Shown here piece by piece: positions 1-9,509 of a stretch of DNA of 32,000 nucleotides. Position 1 is the first letter of the stretch; every line of letters begins with the position of its first letter. The notes beneath the pieces were generated by a model. The model was not told the origin of the DNA, did no database searches, and was given only the letters and a program-made list of their open reading frames with translations. The translations under genes were made by a program, and so were the position numbers. This DNA comes from Candidatus Omnitrophota bacterium (GTDB lineage: Bacteria > Omnitrophota > Gorgyraeia > 2-01-FULL-45-10). The DNA lies in NCBI GenBank assembly GCA_023818895.1, contig JAMWCX010000001.1, positions 659,789 to 691,788 on the forward strand, read 5' to 3'.

Positions 1-46
1 GAATCGCGACTATAGTAAATATTGATATTCTTACGCTTCTCATCAT
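1..46 (-). CDS. N-terminal fragment of the gene following murD (probably ftsW/SEDS-type by dcw gene order); runs off window
   Basis: ATG 46..44 directly abuts the murD stop (TAAATG). Visible peptide MMRSVRISIFTIVAI is basic then hydrophobic. Identity rests on synteny only. Confidence 0.35.
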   Translation of the reverse strand, partial: MMRSVRISIFTIVAI

Positions 47-1432
47 TTATGTCTTTACGCCATGCAGCGAGTTCTTAAGCCTTTTAACGGCGTCTTTGAA
101 AACGCGGCCGCGCTCTTCGTAGTTTTTAAACATATCGAAACTCGAACACATTGGAGACAGCAGCACTATCCATCCTTCCTTCGCCAGTTTGTGGGCTGTC
201 TCAACGGCGTCGTACATATCATCGGCCTCATGTATTTCAACAGTATTTTTAAGCGCCTTCTTTATCATCGGCGCCGCCTCTCCCATTAGGACAACATGGG
301 CCGCTTTTTTCTTTATCACATCTCGCGCCACACTATAATCACTATGTTTGTCCTTGCCGCCCGCTATCAGGATGACCGGCTTTTCACACGACTCAAGAGC
401 GCGCTTAGCCGAATCCACAGTCGTACCCTTGGAGTCATTTATATACTCTACGCCGTTAATGGTGTCAACGGTTTCAAATCTGTGCTCAAGGCCCTTGAAA
501 TTCTTTATCGCCTCCCTCATAGGCCCGTCCTCCACACCGACAAGGGCACCGACCAGGCTACACGCAAGGACATTTTCCAGGTTATGGACACCCTTAAGCT
601 TTATGGCGACGACAGGCACTATCTCCCTTTCCTTCCCGTTAAGCCGGCAGCATACCCACTCATCCTTTACATAAGCGCTTATATTGTAGGTGTTGCCGGC
701 GACTTTCTGCTTGCCGTAGAAAACCACGCGCGAGCGCGTCAATCCCTTAAGGCGCCTCAGGTTCTCGGCGTCGTAATTCAAAACAAGAATATCATCGGCC
801 TGCTGATTGGAGAATATCCTGAGCTTGTAATTAAAATATTCGTAAAAAGTCCTGTAACGATCCCTATGGTCATCCGTTATATTCAGTATAACAGCTATAT
901 GTGGCCTGAAACGTTCTATCCTCTCGAGCTGTGCCGAGCTTACCTCAAGAACAACCCATGTGTCATCCTTTATCTTAGAGACTTCTCCGCAAAGGGAGTT
1001 ACCTATGTTGCCGCACACCACTACCCTTTTATCGCCGGCCCGCAGAATCTCGCCGATAAGCGTGGTCACTGTGGATTTGCCATTCGTTCCGGTTATAGCT
1101 ATTATCCGCCCCCTGCAAAAAGCGTAACCCAATTCCATCTCGCTTATTATCGGAATCTTCTCCTTTAAAGCCCACTTAACGGCAGCGGACGAATTCTCCA
1201 CTCCTGGGCTGACAACAACAAGATCGCTTCCCTTCACAAAACACTCAGTGTGCTCTCCTATCTCGACTTCTATCCCTTTCGACTCGAGCTCGAGCTTTGC
1301 TTTCTTAAGCTCCGGTGTATTTGCCGAATCTGTAACAAAGACTTCCGCCCCTTTCTCCCTTGCCAAAAGCGCCGCGTTCAAACCGCTATTGCCAAGCCCT
1401 ATAACAGTCACCCTCTTATTTTTTATATCCAT
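47..1432 (-). CDS. murD: UDP-N-acetylmuramoyl-L-alanine--D-glutamate ligase
   Basis: 461 aa. N-terminal Rossmann-like VTVIGLGNSG and Mur-ligase P-loop ITGTNGKST. Lies after mraY in the dcw order. Confidence 0.92.
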   Translation of the reverse strand: MDIKNKRVTVIGLGNSGLNAALLAREKGAEVFVTDSANTPELKKAKLELESKGIEVEIGEHTECFVKGSDLVVVSPGVENSSAAVKWALKEKIPIISEMELGYAFCRGRIIAITGTNGKSTVTTLIGEILRAGDKRVVVCGNIGNSLCGEVSKIKDDTWVVLEVSSAQLERIERFRPHIAVILNITDDHRDRYRTFYEYFNYKLRIFSNQQADDILVLNYDAENLRRLKGLTRSRVVFYGKQKVAGNTYNISAYVKDEWVCCRLNGKEREIVPVVAIKLKGVHNLENVLACSLVGALVGVEDGPMREAIKNFKGLEHRFETVDTINGVEYINDSKGTTVDSAKRALESCEKPVILIAGGKDKHSDYSVARDVIKKKAAHVVLMGEAAPMIKKALKNTVEIHEADDMYDAVETAHKLAKEGWIVLLSPMCSSFDMFKNYEERGRVFKDAVKRLKNSLHGVKT

Positions 1433-1442
1433 TTTCGGCTCT

Positions 1443-2531
1443 CTATTGTAATTTTAATGTCGCGAGGCTGAATAATGTAAGCATTATCGCGACTATCCAG
1501 AACCTTATCGTTATCTTCGACTCTGACCACCCAAGAAGTTGAAAATGATGGTGTATTGGCGACATCAGAAAAAGCCTTCTTTTGGTAAGCTTAAGCAATA
1601 TCACCTGCAATACCACCGAAAGCGCCTCTATAACAAATATTCCACCTACGAGAAATAAAAGAAGCTCCTTTTTTATTAATATGGCAACCACGCCGAGCCC
1701 CCCACCGAGAGCCAGCGCCCCTGTATCTCCCATAAATATATTCGCCGGATACGCGTTGAACCACAAAAACCCCAGCCCCGCTCCTACCATGGCCGAGCAA
1801 AATATCGCAAGCTCGCCTGAGCCTTCCAGATAGAAGACGTTAAGATAATCGCTCACCTTGAAATTGCCAGCGATATAGCTTAGGATGGCGTAAGCTATAG
1901 CCGACACAACGGTGCAGCCTATCGCAAGTCCATCCAGCCCATCGGTAAGATTAACGGCGTTCGAGGCGCTCGTTACCACTATAATGACGAATAACGCGTA
2001 TAAAAGGCCGAGATTCACAGTAAAATGCTTAACGAACGGAACGGCAATGCTGGGAGGTATCGGCGTAAACAGCATTATGTACACTGCCAAAACCATCCCC
2101 AGCGCTATCTGATTCAGAAGCTTGATACCCGCCGTTATTCCGAGATTGCGCTTTTTTCTGATTTTTATATAATCGTCGGCGAATCCTACCATGCCGAGCC
2201 ACAGAAAAGCGGCAAGGGTAACTAGCACATATTGATTGGCTATCTCGGCCCACAGAAATGTAGAAACGGTTATCGCGAGTATAATAAGAAGTCCTCCCAT
2301 AGTGGGCGTGCCTTCTTTGTGCTTATGCATCGCGTGTATGGACTCGACATATTCTTTTCGGATATACTGGCCGAATTTTATCCGCTTAAGCCATCCTATG
2401 ATTAATGGGCCGAGCGCAAGCGAAATAAAAAATGCCGTGAGCGCGGCCATCGCAGCCCTGAAGGTTATGTATTTGAATACGTTAAACCCGAACCAGATAT
2501 CACGCAGCGGATAAAATATGTAGTAAAGCAC
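1443..2531 (-). CDS. mraY: phospho-N-acetylmuramoyl-pentapeptide transferase
   Basis: 362 aa polytopic membrane protein with NAVNLTDGLDGLA and FMGDTGALALGG motifs. Lies between murF and murD. Confidence 0.95.
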   Translation of the reverse strand: MLYYIFYPLRDIWFGFNVFKYITFRAAMAALTAFFISLALGPLIIGWLKRIKFGQYIRKEYVESIHAMHKHKEGTPTMGGLLIILAITVSTFLWAEIANQYVLVTLAAFLWLGMVGFADDYIKIRKKRNLGITAGIKLLNQIALGMVLAVYIMLFTPIPPSIAVPFVKHFTVNLGLLYALFVIIVVTSASNAVNLTDGLDGLAIGCTVVSAIAYAILSYIAGNFKVSDYLNVFYLEGSGELAIFCSAMVGAGLGFLWFNAYPANIFMGDTGALALGGGLGVVAILIKKELLLFLVGGIFVIEALSVVLQVILLKLTKRRLFLMSPIHHHFQLLGWSESKITIRFWIVAIMLTLFSLATLKLQ

Positions 2532-2532
2532 C

Positions 2533-3882
2533 CTACCCTCTGAATTTTTCTATCACATTTTCCATTCTCATGCTACGCGATCCCTTGACAAGCACTAAGT
2601 CCCCTTCTTTAACCAATTTCTTAAGCAAGGATGCTATCTCCTCGTGAGAGGAGCAATGCCAGATGCTGTTTTTATTCATACCGCATTTAATCGCGCCAGA
2701 AATGGTATGTTTAGAAAGCTCGCCAAAAGTCAGAAGGCCGTTCACGGCGCACCCCGCGACAAGCCTGCCGGTCATCTCGTGAAAACGAGCGGCGTCCGAC
2801 CCGAGCTCCAACATATCCCCTGAAACCACCCACTTCGAGCGGGCCGGATAATTCCGAATCGCCTGAAGCGCGGCCTGCATAGACAATGGGTTCGAATTAT
2901 ATGAATCGTTTATAATCTCAACGCCATTTATAATAAGCCGGTCGAGCCTCATGGAGGATGGCTTATGACCGGCGAGAATTTTCTCTATAGCTTTACACCC
3001 CACCCCCAATGTCACAGCGACAGCTATCGCCGCCATCGCGTTGTAGACGTTATGAACTCCAAGCATGTTCAGTTCAAACACGCCCCTGCCATTAAGGCGA
3101 AACTTTAAATTCTTGTCTGTCGACTGTACCATCTCAGCCACAAGATCGTTTGAGGGCTTAAAGCCGTACCGCAATACCCTTGGCCCATCAATACGCGACA
3201 GGAATTCATCGTCGCCATTTATCACCGCGAATCCGTAGTCATTAAGCGAATTCAATATGCTTCTTTTCTCCTCATAAACACCCTCAAGGCTTTCGAGAAA
3301 CTCAAGATGCGATGGTCCTACATTTGTTATTACGGCTATATCGGGCTTCGCTATTTCGCTTAGCGTCTCTATCTCGCCTCTATGGTTAGTTCCGATCTCC
3401 AAGACACAAGCGTCATGATCAGCCGAAAGCTTCAGAAGCGTCTGCGGCACACCGATATGATTGTTCTTCGTTCCTTCATTCTTGAGAACCCTGTATTTCG
3501 CGGATAAAACCGCCGCCGTCATGTCCTTGACAGTTGTCTTGCCGTTAGAACCTGTCACGCATACCATCGGTATAGCAAATCTCTTCCTGTGGCAGGCGGC
3601 TATCGCCTGCAGGGAAGCCCTTGAATCTTTTACCTGAATGACGTTAAGATTCTTATCGGGTATGGGTATCGGGCGCTCTACGATGGCGCCTTCCGCGCCC
3701 TTACGAAACGCATCCATCGCGAAATCGGTCCCACAAAAATTCGGCCCGCTAAGCGCAAGGAAAAACTCTCCTTTTTTGATACTTCTCGAATCTGTGGAAA
3801 CCCTCGCAAGGTCAACATCCTTATCGAGAACGCCCGATATAAGCTTACCACCGGTTATCTTTAATATCTCTCTTATCTTCAT
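2533..3882 (-). CDS. murF: UDP-N-acetylmuramoyl-tripeptide--D-alanyl-D-alanine ligase
   Basis: 449 aa. P-loop VTGSNGKTT and INDSYNSNP motif. Lies between murE and mraY. Confidence 0.9.
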   Translation of the reverse strand: MKIREILKITGGKLISGVLDKDVDLARVSTDSRSIKKGEFFLALSGPNFCGTDFAMDAFRKGAEGAIVERPIPIPDKNLNVIQVKDSRASLQAIAACHRKRFAIPMVCVTGSNGKTTVKDMTAAVLSAKYRVLKNEGTKNNHIGVPQTLLKLSADHDACVLEIGTNHRGEIETLSEIAKPDIAVITNVGPSHLEFLESLEGVYEEKRSILNSLNDYGFAVINGDDEFLSRIDGPRVLRYGFKPSNDLVAEMVQSTDKNLKFRLNGRGVFELNMLGVHNVYNAMAAIAVAVTLGVGCKAIEKILAGHKPSSMRLDRLIINGVEIINDSYNSNPLSMQAALQAIRNYPARSKWVVSGDMLELGSDAARFHEMTGRLVAGCAVNGLLTFGELSKHTISGAIKCGMNKNSIWHCSSHEEIASLLKKLVKEGDLVLVKGSRSMRMENVIEKFRG

Positions 3883-3894
3883 CCAGCGCTTTCT

Positions 3895-5379
3895 TTAGTC
3901 GCCGCCTTTACATTGATAAGGCGTGGGGTTATCTTTTAAGATTTGAGCTGCAATCTCGCGATCATCGAAAGGCACCACTTCATTTCCGATTATCTGATAC
4001 GTCTCATGGCCCTTACCGGCTATAACAACTATATCGTCTTCGGCAGCCAGCTTGAGCGCCTTCTCTATAGCCTTTCTCCTGTCTATCACTATGTCATAAT
4101 TGGAAAACGTTCCTTTCACTCCGCTTTCGATCTCTCCTGCTATCACACGCGGGTCCTCAAACCTCGGATTGTCAGATGTTATAATAACATGATCTGAGAA
4201 CCTGCAGGCCACCCTTCCCATCGCCGGCCGCTTTGTGACATCTCTATTACCGCCGCATCCAAATACCGTGACTATCCGCCTGGTGGCTAGCGGTCTCAGG
4301 AGGCTTAAAATATTGTAAAGGGCATCCTCCGTATGAGCAAAATCCACGAACACCTTGAAGGCTTGGCCGACATCAACCGCCTCAAGCCGCCCCGGCACCA
4401 TCTTCACCGACTCGATCCCTTTCACAATTTCTTCTCTAGAGATGCCAAGAGCGTAAGCAGCGGCGACAGATGCCAGGATGTTCGAAACGTTATGCGTCCC
4501 TATAAGTGATGTTTTTACGGGATAAGCGCCTGTTGGAGTATTTATCTTAAAGGTTGTGCCGCTTATTGATAAGTCCACAGCAGTTGCGCTAAAATCGGAA
4601 TTTTCTTTGACGCCAAAAGTCAGAACCTTTTTCTTTAACGACTTCTTAAGCGACGCAACCTTCCGGTCATCGTTATTCAATATAGCGAATCCACCCGCTT
4701 TAAGGTGGTTAAAAATCTTCTTTTTGGCCTGGAAATACCTTAAGGTGGTCTTGTGATAATCGAGATGGTCGCTTGTGATGTTTGTGAATATTGCGGCATC
4801 GAAGTGTATCTTGCCGATTCTTCCTTGATCCAGCGAATGGCTCGAGACCTCCGCTACTACGGCTTTCACGCCCTGAGAGACCATCTGCGCGAGCATATTT
4901 TGTAAATCTAGGCATCCCGGCGTAGTGTTCTTCGCTGGGATGAAATTACCCTTCCACCTGTAATTTATGGTGCCTATCACTCCCGGCTCGCATCCCGCCG
5001 CCTTCAAGATAGACTCGAGTATATAGGTTATGGTGGTCTTTCCGTTGGTTCCGGTTATGCCAATCACTTTAAGTTTGCGCGAAGGATGGTGATAGAAGTT
5101 ATCCCCTATAACCGCCATGGTGGCTCTTGAATCTGGCACAAGTATATTCGCAACTCCTTTAAATGATCCAAAATCCTCTTCAGCCACTATCGCGGACGCG
5201 CCTTTCCCAATCGCATCCTTTATGAAACACCTTCCGTCCTGCGTATGTCCTTTTACGGCGATAAAAAGATATCCTCTCCTTACCTGTCTGGAATTGTCCG
5301 TAACCCCTGATATCTCAAGGCTATCCGCCCATTTTGGGTAACTTGCAATTACCCCTTTAAGAATATCTTTCAATCTCAA
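3895..5379 (-). CDS. murE: UDP-N-acetylmuramoyl-L-alanyl-D-glutamate--2,6-diaminopimelate (or L-lysine) ligase
   Basis: 494 aa. GITGTNGKTT P-loop and TSDNPR motif. Stop of ftsI and start of murE are 2 nt apart. Confidence 0.92.
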   Translation of the reverse strand: MRLKDILKGVIASYPKWADSLEISGVTDNSRQVRRGYLFIAVKGHTQDGRCFIKDAIGKGASAIVAEEDFGSFKGVANILVPDSRATMAVIGDNFYHHPSRKLKVIGITGTNGKTTITYILESILKAAGCEPGVIGTINYRWKGNFIPAKNTTPGCLDLQNMLAQMVSQGVKAVVAEVSSHSLDQGRIGKIHFDAAIFTNITSDHLDYHKTTLRYFQAKKKIFNHLKAGGFAILNNDDRKVASLKKSLKKKVLTFGVKENSDFSATAVDLSISGTTFKINTPTGAYPVKTSLIGTHNVSNILASVAAAYALGISREEIVKGIESVKMVPGRLEAVDVGQAFKVFVDFAHTEDALYNILSLLRPLATRRIVTVFGCGGNRDVTKRPAMGRVACRFSDHVIITSDNPRFEDPRVIAGEIESGVKGTFSNYDIVIDRRKAIEKALKLAAEDDIVVIAGKGHETYQIIGNEVVPFDDREIAAQILKDNPTPYQCKGGD

Positions 5380-5381
5380 GT

Positions 5382-7067
5382 TTAGATCGCCTTCAATCCC
5401 TTAACGTTCAAATATTTGATTACCTGGTCCGCGACTTCTTTAAAGACAGGAGCCGAAACATCACCGCCGTAATAAACTGGATGTGGTTCGTCTATGCATA
5501 TGACCGCAGTCAATAGAGGTTTATCGGCAGGCGCAAAACCTATGAAGGAACCTATAAATTTGCTATGTGAGTATGTGCCGCCCTCAATCTTCTGCGCCGT
5601 ACCAGTCTTTCCGCCAACCTTGAAGTCCTCCACCCTGGCCTTCTTCCCTGTGCCATTTTCGACAGCACCTTTTAGGATGTGCCTGACCCTGACAGCGGTC
5701 TCAGGCGACAGCACCTTACGCACAATAACAGGTGGGAAGCTCTTAATGACCTCGCCATTATCATCGATAATCTCTTTAACAATACGCGGTTTTACATAAA
5801 AGCCGTTATTGGCTATGACCGATATGGCGCACGCAAGCTGCATGGCGGTGACGGTCACCTCCTGCCCCATCGGTATAGCGTTCATACTGACTTTGGACCA
5901 TTTCGATGGAGGTCTATTGATACCCACCACTTCCCCTGGCAAATCTATGCCCGTCTTGTCGAGAAAGCCAAATTCTTTTATATACTTATACATCTTTTCA
6001 GGGCCGAGTCGACTGGCAGCTTTAACGGTACCGATATTACTCGACTTCTCGATCACCTCCTTGAAGGTGAGATTTCCGTAAGGATGGACATCGTGCAATA
6101 TCTTGCTGCCGGTCTTCCATTCGCCATACTCGCAGAAAAAGGTGTCATTCAATTTTACAAGGCCCTCTTCTATAAGGGCGCTGGCTGTTATCACCTTGAA
6201 AACAGACCCTGGCTCGAAGAAATCGTTAACCGCCCTGTCCCTGATCGCCTCTTCTTCTCTTTTGTTAACGTTATTGAGGTCAAAATTCGGTATGTTGGCA
6301 AGCGCAAGGACCGCGCCGGTGCGCGGGTCCATAACAACTATCGAAGCCGCTTTCGCGTTGTTTTTCTTATAGGATTTATAGAGCTCTCGTTCGGCAATAG
6401 ACTGTATGACCTCATCTATCGTCAGGACAAGGTTCAGGCCGTTTTTCGGCGGGATGAAATCGAACTGGTAGGACTTGAGAAGCTTTCTTCTCGCATCCTG
6501 CGTAGAGATGAGCCAGCCGCTCTCCCCCCTAAGATACTTATCATAATACAATTCCACGCCCTCAAGGCCGACATTGTCTATATTTACTGTTCCGATCACA
6601 TGACAGGCCAGCGCTTTATCAGGATAGACGCGCCTTGACTCTTCGATGAGTTCAATGCCTTCTATCTTTAGTTCTTTTATCCTCTCTGACTCTATCCGCG
6701 ATATCCGGCGCTTTATCCAAACAAATCCCTTATCGCGGGACAGTCTCTCGAGCACGAAATTCTCATCCAGACCAAGAATGGCCGCCAGCTTTGCGGCCGT
6801 TCCCTTTTTATTCTTTACTAAGCGCGGATTGGCAAATACCGAGTCGGCACTGATGTTGACAGCCAGAACTTGCATGTTCCTATCGTATATAGTGCCTCGT
6901 TTTGGTTGAATCTCCGTTGATACTATGTGCTGTTCGTTAGCTATTTTGTAATAAAAGCCGCTCTGGATAACCTGCAGGTAAAAGAGGCGTACCGCGAGAA
7001 TAGATAGTGATAGGAGAAAAAAAAGAAAGACTAATAACTGTCGCGCCCTGTAAATTCCGCTATGCAC
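5382..7067 (-). CDS. ftsI: class B penicillin-binding protein / septal transpeptidase (FtsI-like)
   Basis: 561 aa. N-terminal TM anchor, SxxK (GSVFK), SxN (KSSN) and KTG (GKTGT) motifs. GTG start at 7067. dcw position after ftsL. Confidence 0.9.
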   Translation of the reverse strand: MHSGIYRARQLLVFLFFLLSLSILAVRLFYLQVIQSGFYYKIANEQHIVSTEIQPKRGTIYDRNMQVLAVNISADSVFANPRLVKNKKGTAAKLAAILGLDENFVLERLSRDKGFVWIKRRISRIESERIKELKIEGIELIEESRRVYPDKALACHVIGTVNIDNVGLEGVELYYDKYLRGESGWLISTQDARRKLLKSYQFDFIPPKNGLNLVLTIDEVIQSIAERELYKSYKKNNAKAASIVVMDPRTGAVLALANIPNFDLNNVNKREEEAIRDRAVNDFFEPGSVFKVITASALIEEGLVKLNDTFFCEYGEWKTGSKILHDVHPYGNLTFKEVIEKSSNIGTVKAASRLGPEKMYKYIKEFGFLDKTGIDLPGEVVGINRPPSKWSKVSMNAIPMGQEVTVTAMQLACAISVIANNGFYVKPRIVKEIIDDNGEVIKSFPPVIVRKVLSPETAVRVRHILKGAVENGTGKKARVEDFKVGGKTGTAQKIEGGTYSHSKFIGSFIGFAPADKPLLTAVICIDEPHPVYYGGDVSAPVFKEVADQVIKYLNVKGLKAI

Positions 7068-7141
7068 GAATCAACAAATCCTCAGACTTAAAACAAGCCT
7101 TTTTTCAGCCCACTTTGAACTGCCAGGCAGGCTAAGGCATT

Positions 7142-7513
7142 TTATTTTACGTGAGTCTGAGCCCTTGCCTTGGACATTAAAAAATCCAGTAGACCGGGAG
7201 TCTTCGTTGACGCCGAACTTAGTAGAATTCCCCTCCTGGCTGGCTTCGGGCTCGCCGTCCTCACGACATTACACTGTTTCGGGAAAGCCACTTCTATGCT
7301 TTTTGCCAAAAGCGCCTCCTCCAAACGGTAAGGCGCTTCAAGATTTTTGATATTATATCCCAGCCTCTCATTACGGTCAAGCATCTCCTTGACCAAATAC
7401 TCCTTACACTCGATCACATAGCTAATCTTCACAAGTTCAACCTGTTGGTGCACATAAAGAAGGGCGACAATGGTGACTGAAACTATAAAAGTTATTAGCC
7501 TAAGAAATCTCAT
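7142..7513 (-). CDS. ftsL: FtsL-like small bitopic cell-division protein
   Basis: 123 aa with one N-terminal TM helix followed by a helical segment. Start overlaps the rsmH end by 14 nt. Called by position between rsmH and ftsI, not by sequence motif. Confidence 0.6.
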   Translation of the reverse strand: MRFLRLITFIVSVTIVALLYVHQQVELVKISYVIECKEYLVKEMLDRNERLGYNIKNLEAPYRLEEALLAKSIEVAFPKQCNVVRTASPKPARRGILLSSASTKTPGLLDFLMSKARAQTHVK

Positions 7514-8408
7514 AATTATATAAAAAGTTATTTTTTTGAGCCACTCTTAGTCGCGCGCTCCTGGAGCGCGGGTTAGCCGCCATTTCCTGCTGTGATGGTC
7601 TTACTGGTTTTTTAGTTATTACCGTAAGAGCGCCCAATCGCCCATATTCCCTGAAAATATTTTTGACTATCCTATCTTCTAGGGAATGGAAAGATATTAC
7701 GCAGATCCTTGCGCCCGGTGAGAGCCTGGCTATGGTCTTATGCAGGCCTTCCTCCAGGGCAGCCAGTTCATCGTTTACCGCTATTCTGATGGCCTGAAAT
7801 GTCCTCGTCGCGGGGTCTATCCGCATCCTTCCGCGCCGCGATCCAATAGCCCCGTGAATTATACGCCTCAGCTCGAGAGTTGTCTCGATCGGCTTCCCAG
7901 CCCGCGCGCGCGTTATAGCGCGAGCTATCCTTTTGTGATGCCGCTCCTCGCCGTATTCTCTTATGATGCTAGAAAGATCCTCTTCCTTAAGGCGATTTAC
8001 TATATCGTATGCGGTCGTTAAAAGTTCTGGGTTCAGTCTCATGTCGAGCCTTCCATCTTGCTGAAAACTAAACCCCCTTGCCGCATCCTCCAGCTGGAAA
8101 GATGATACGCCTATATCAAAAAGCGCCGCATCCAGCGTTTCGATATTCTGCTGTGAAAGAACCTTGTCAAGATCCCTGAAGTTCGAATGGACCACGACAC
8201 ACGAAGGGCCAAACTTCTCAAGCTTTTGCCGCGCTATTTTTACGGCCGATGCGTCTGCATCAAGACCGATCAATTTTCCGCCGGGCTGGATCCTCTTGAG
8301 GATCTGAATGGAATGGCCACCGCCGCCGATGGTCGCGTCCAATACTTTATCGCCCGGCTTAAGGTTTAAAGAACTGATAACCTCATCGAGCATCACGCTC
8401 TGGTGCAC
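7500..8408 (-). CDS. rsmH: 16S rRNA (cytosine1402-N4)-methyltransferase
   Basis: 302 aa. SAM-binding LDATIGGGGHS, FDIGVSSFQLE and ISFHSLEDR motifs. GTG at 8408 is the first possible start after an in-frame TAA. Confidence 0.93.
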   Translation of the reverse strand: MHQSVMLDEVISSLNLKPGDKVLDATIGGGGHSIQILKRIQPGGKLIGLDADASAVKIARQKLEKFGPSCVVVHSNFRDLDKVLSQQNIETLDAALFDIGVSSFQLEDAARGFSFQQDGRLDMRLNPELLTTAYDIVNRLKEEDLSSIIREYGEERHHKRIARAITRARAGKPIETTLELRRIIHGAIGSRRGRMRIDPATRTFQAIRIAVNDELAALEEGLHKTIARLSPGARICVISFHSLEDRIVKNIFREYGRLGALTVITKKPVRPSQQEMAANPRSRSARLRVAQKNNFLYNYEIS

Positions 8409-8626
8409 CTGCCACGAACCTCGATGCTGCGCCTTAAAAAAGTTTTGTTACTATACCGTGCCTGGAATTAGAAAAAAAGAAGCTCTTCCAGACATAGCTG
8501 TCGAGTCCGACATCCGAAGGATTACAGTTTAAGGCCCTTACTTTTTTGAGACGCTCGATTATTGTATCTATTCCGACTTCCTGATGCTTCGCTTTTTTCC
8601 CGGCCCTCGCGTATCTGTTAGGCAAA

Positions 8627-9076
8627 TTACGCCCCTTCCTCCTGAGTCATCAACCGTTCGGCGATGTCCTCAAAGGATTCTTTGGATTTATTATAATAGT
8701 CCTGCCAGGCCTCCCTGGCCCATATCTCTATCCTGTTGGAAACTCCTATTATCATGACATCGCGTTTTATGCCGGCATGGTCCTTAAGATATTTCGGAAT
8801 GAGTATTCTGCCCTGTTTGTCGCATTCGATCTGGACAGCGCCGGCAAAATATATCCTATTGAATTTCCGTGCTTCGGATTTTGTGAATGGGATGGCTTTG
8901 AACTTCGATTCCTGGGTCTTCCATTCGTTCTCGGTGAACATGAAAAGGCACTTATCAAGACCGCGCGTTATATAGAATTTTTCTATATCATATTCTTTAA
9001 AAGCGTCGCGGAACTTAGAAGGTATGATGAGTCTGCCCTTTTTATCTATGGTATGCTCATACTCGCCGTAAAACAT
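8627..9076 (-). CDS. mraZ: transcriptional regulator MraZ
   Basis: 149 aa with the duplicated SpoVT/AbrB-type motif DKKGRLIIP ... DKQGRILIP. First gene of the dcw cluster. Confidence 0.93.
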   Translation of the reverse strand: MFYGEYEHTIDKKGRLIIPSKFRDAFKEYDIEKFYITRGLDKCLFMFTENEWKTQESKFKAIPFTKSEARKFNRIYFAGAVQIECDKQGRILIPKYLKDHAGIKRDVMIIGVSNRIEIWAREAWQDYYNKSKESFEDIAERLMTQEEGA

Positions 9077-9086
9077 TCGAAATATT

Positions 9087-9116
9087 ACTCCCTTTTACTC
9101 CACTTTCTACCACTTT
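9087..9116 (-). promoter_or_regulatory. three tandem 10-bp direct repeats of MraZ-operator type, just downstream of the dcw promoter
   Basis: Minus strand reads AAAGTGGTAG AAAGTGGAGT AAAAGGGAGT. This is a 7-nt AAAGTGG-like core plus 3-nt spacer with 10-bp period, between the -10 box and the mraZ ATG. The third repeat overlaps the GGGAG Shine-Dalgarno. Confidence 0.55.
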
Positions 9117-9125
9117 TTGGTATAA

Positions 9126-9154
9126 AGTATACACTACGTGCAATGCATTGTCAA
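9126..9154 (-). promoter_or_regulatory. sigma70-type promoter of the mraZ/dcw operon
   Basis: Minus strand TTGACA (9154..9149), 17-nt spacer, TATACT (9131..9126). It lies about 50 nt upstream of the mraZ ATG. Confidence 0.6.
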
Positions 9155-9335
9155 GAAAAAGGGCTCTGAAATTTTTTCGGTTTTCTCGATATTCAAAGCA
9201 AACTTTAGATAAACCGGTTGGGAGCGGCTTGCACCGGCAAAAACTGGCGACGCGCAGGCATGGGCTTTACTACCCTTCTTCCGAATTTTTACACTTTTTT
9301 CATCCGGTCGCGTTTCGTCCTTTGGCAGGCTCAGT

Positions 9336-9408
9336 ACAAATAATAAATGGGGAGTGAGACTAATTTTCCAGCGTAAAATATTCCTCGCTGAAAAGATTTC
9401 ACACTCCC
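9336..9408 (-). terminator. long imperfect hairpin plus U-rich tail; probable terminator of the transporter operon ending with the DUF21-CBS gene
   Basis: Minus strand GGGAGTG...CACTCCC outer stem (9408..9402 with 9356..9350). Inner stem TTTTCAGCG/CGCTGGAAAA. Followed by CATTTATTATTTGT. Starts about 100 nt after the stop at 9510. Confidence 0.45.
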
Positions 9409-9509
9409 GCAAGGCAGCCGACCTACAAGGGCCTGCTCAAATTAAAGCAGAAGCAACATCGGAAACTAAATACCGCTGTGGTAAAAATTAAAAATATGAG
9501 CGGGCAGGA

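Noticed and set aside
296-1168. 290-aa plus-strand ORF (similar long plus-strand ORFs at 5679..6638, 9856..10578, 16640..17209, 27559..28194, 31315..31881)
   Set aside because: All lie antisense to minus-strand genes that have clear family motifs. Their translations are low-complexity with no recognisable motifs, start context or RBS. These are typical shadow ORFs.
8434-8625. 63-aa minus-strand ORF in the mraZ-rsmH spacer
   Set aside because: It starts at a TTG one nt after the mraZ stop, with no Shine-Dalgarno and no recognisable domain. The composition looks like translated spacer. Kept only as a caveat in the spacer finding.
9134-9412. 92-aa minus-strand ORF in the large intergenic region
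   Set aside because: It runs through the terminator hairpin and into the dcw promoter -35/-10. It has no RBS and no motif.
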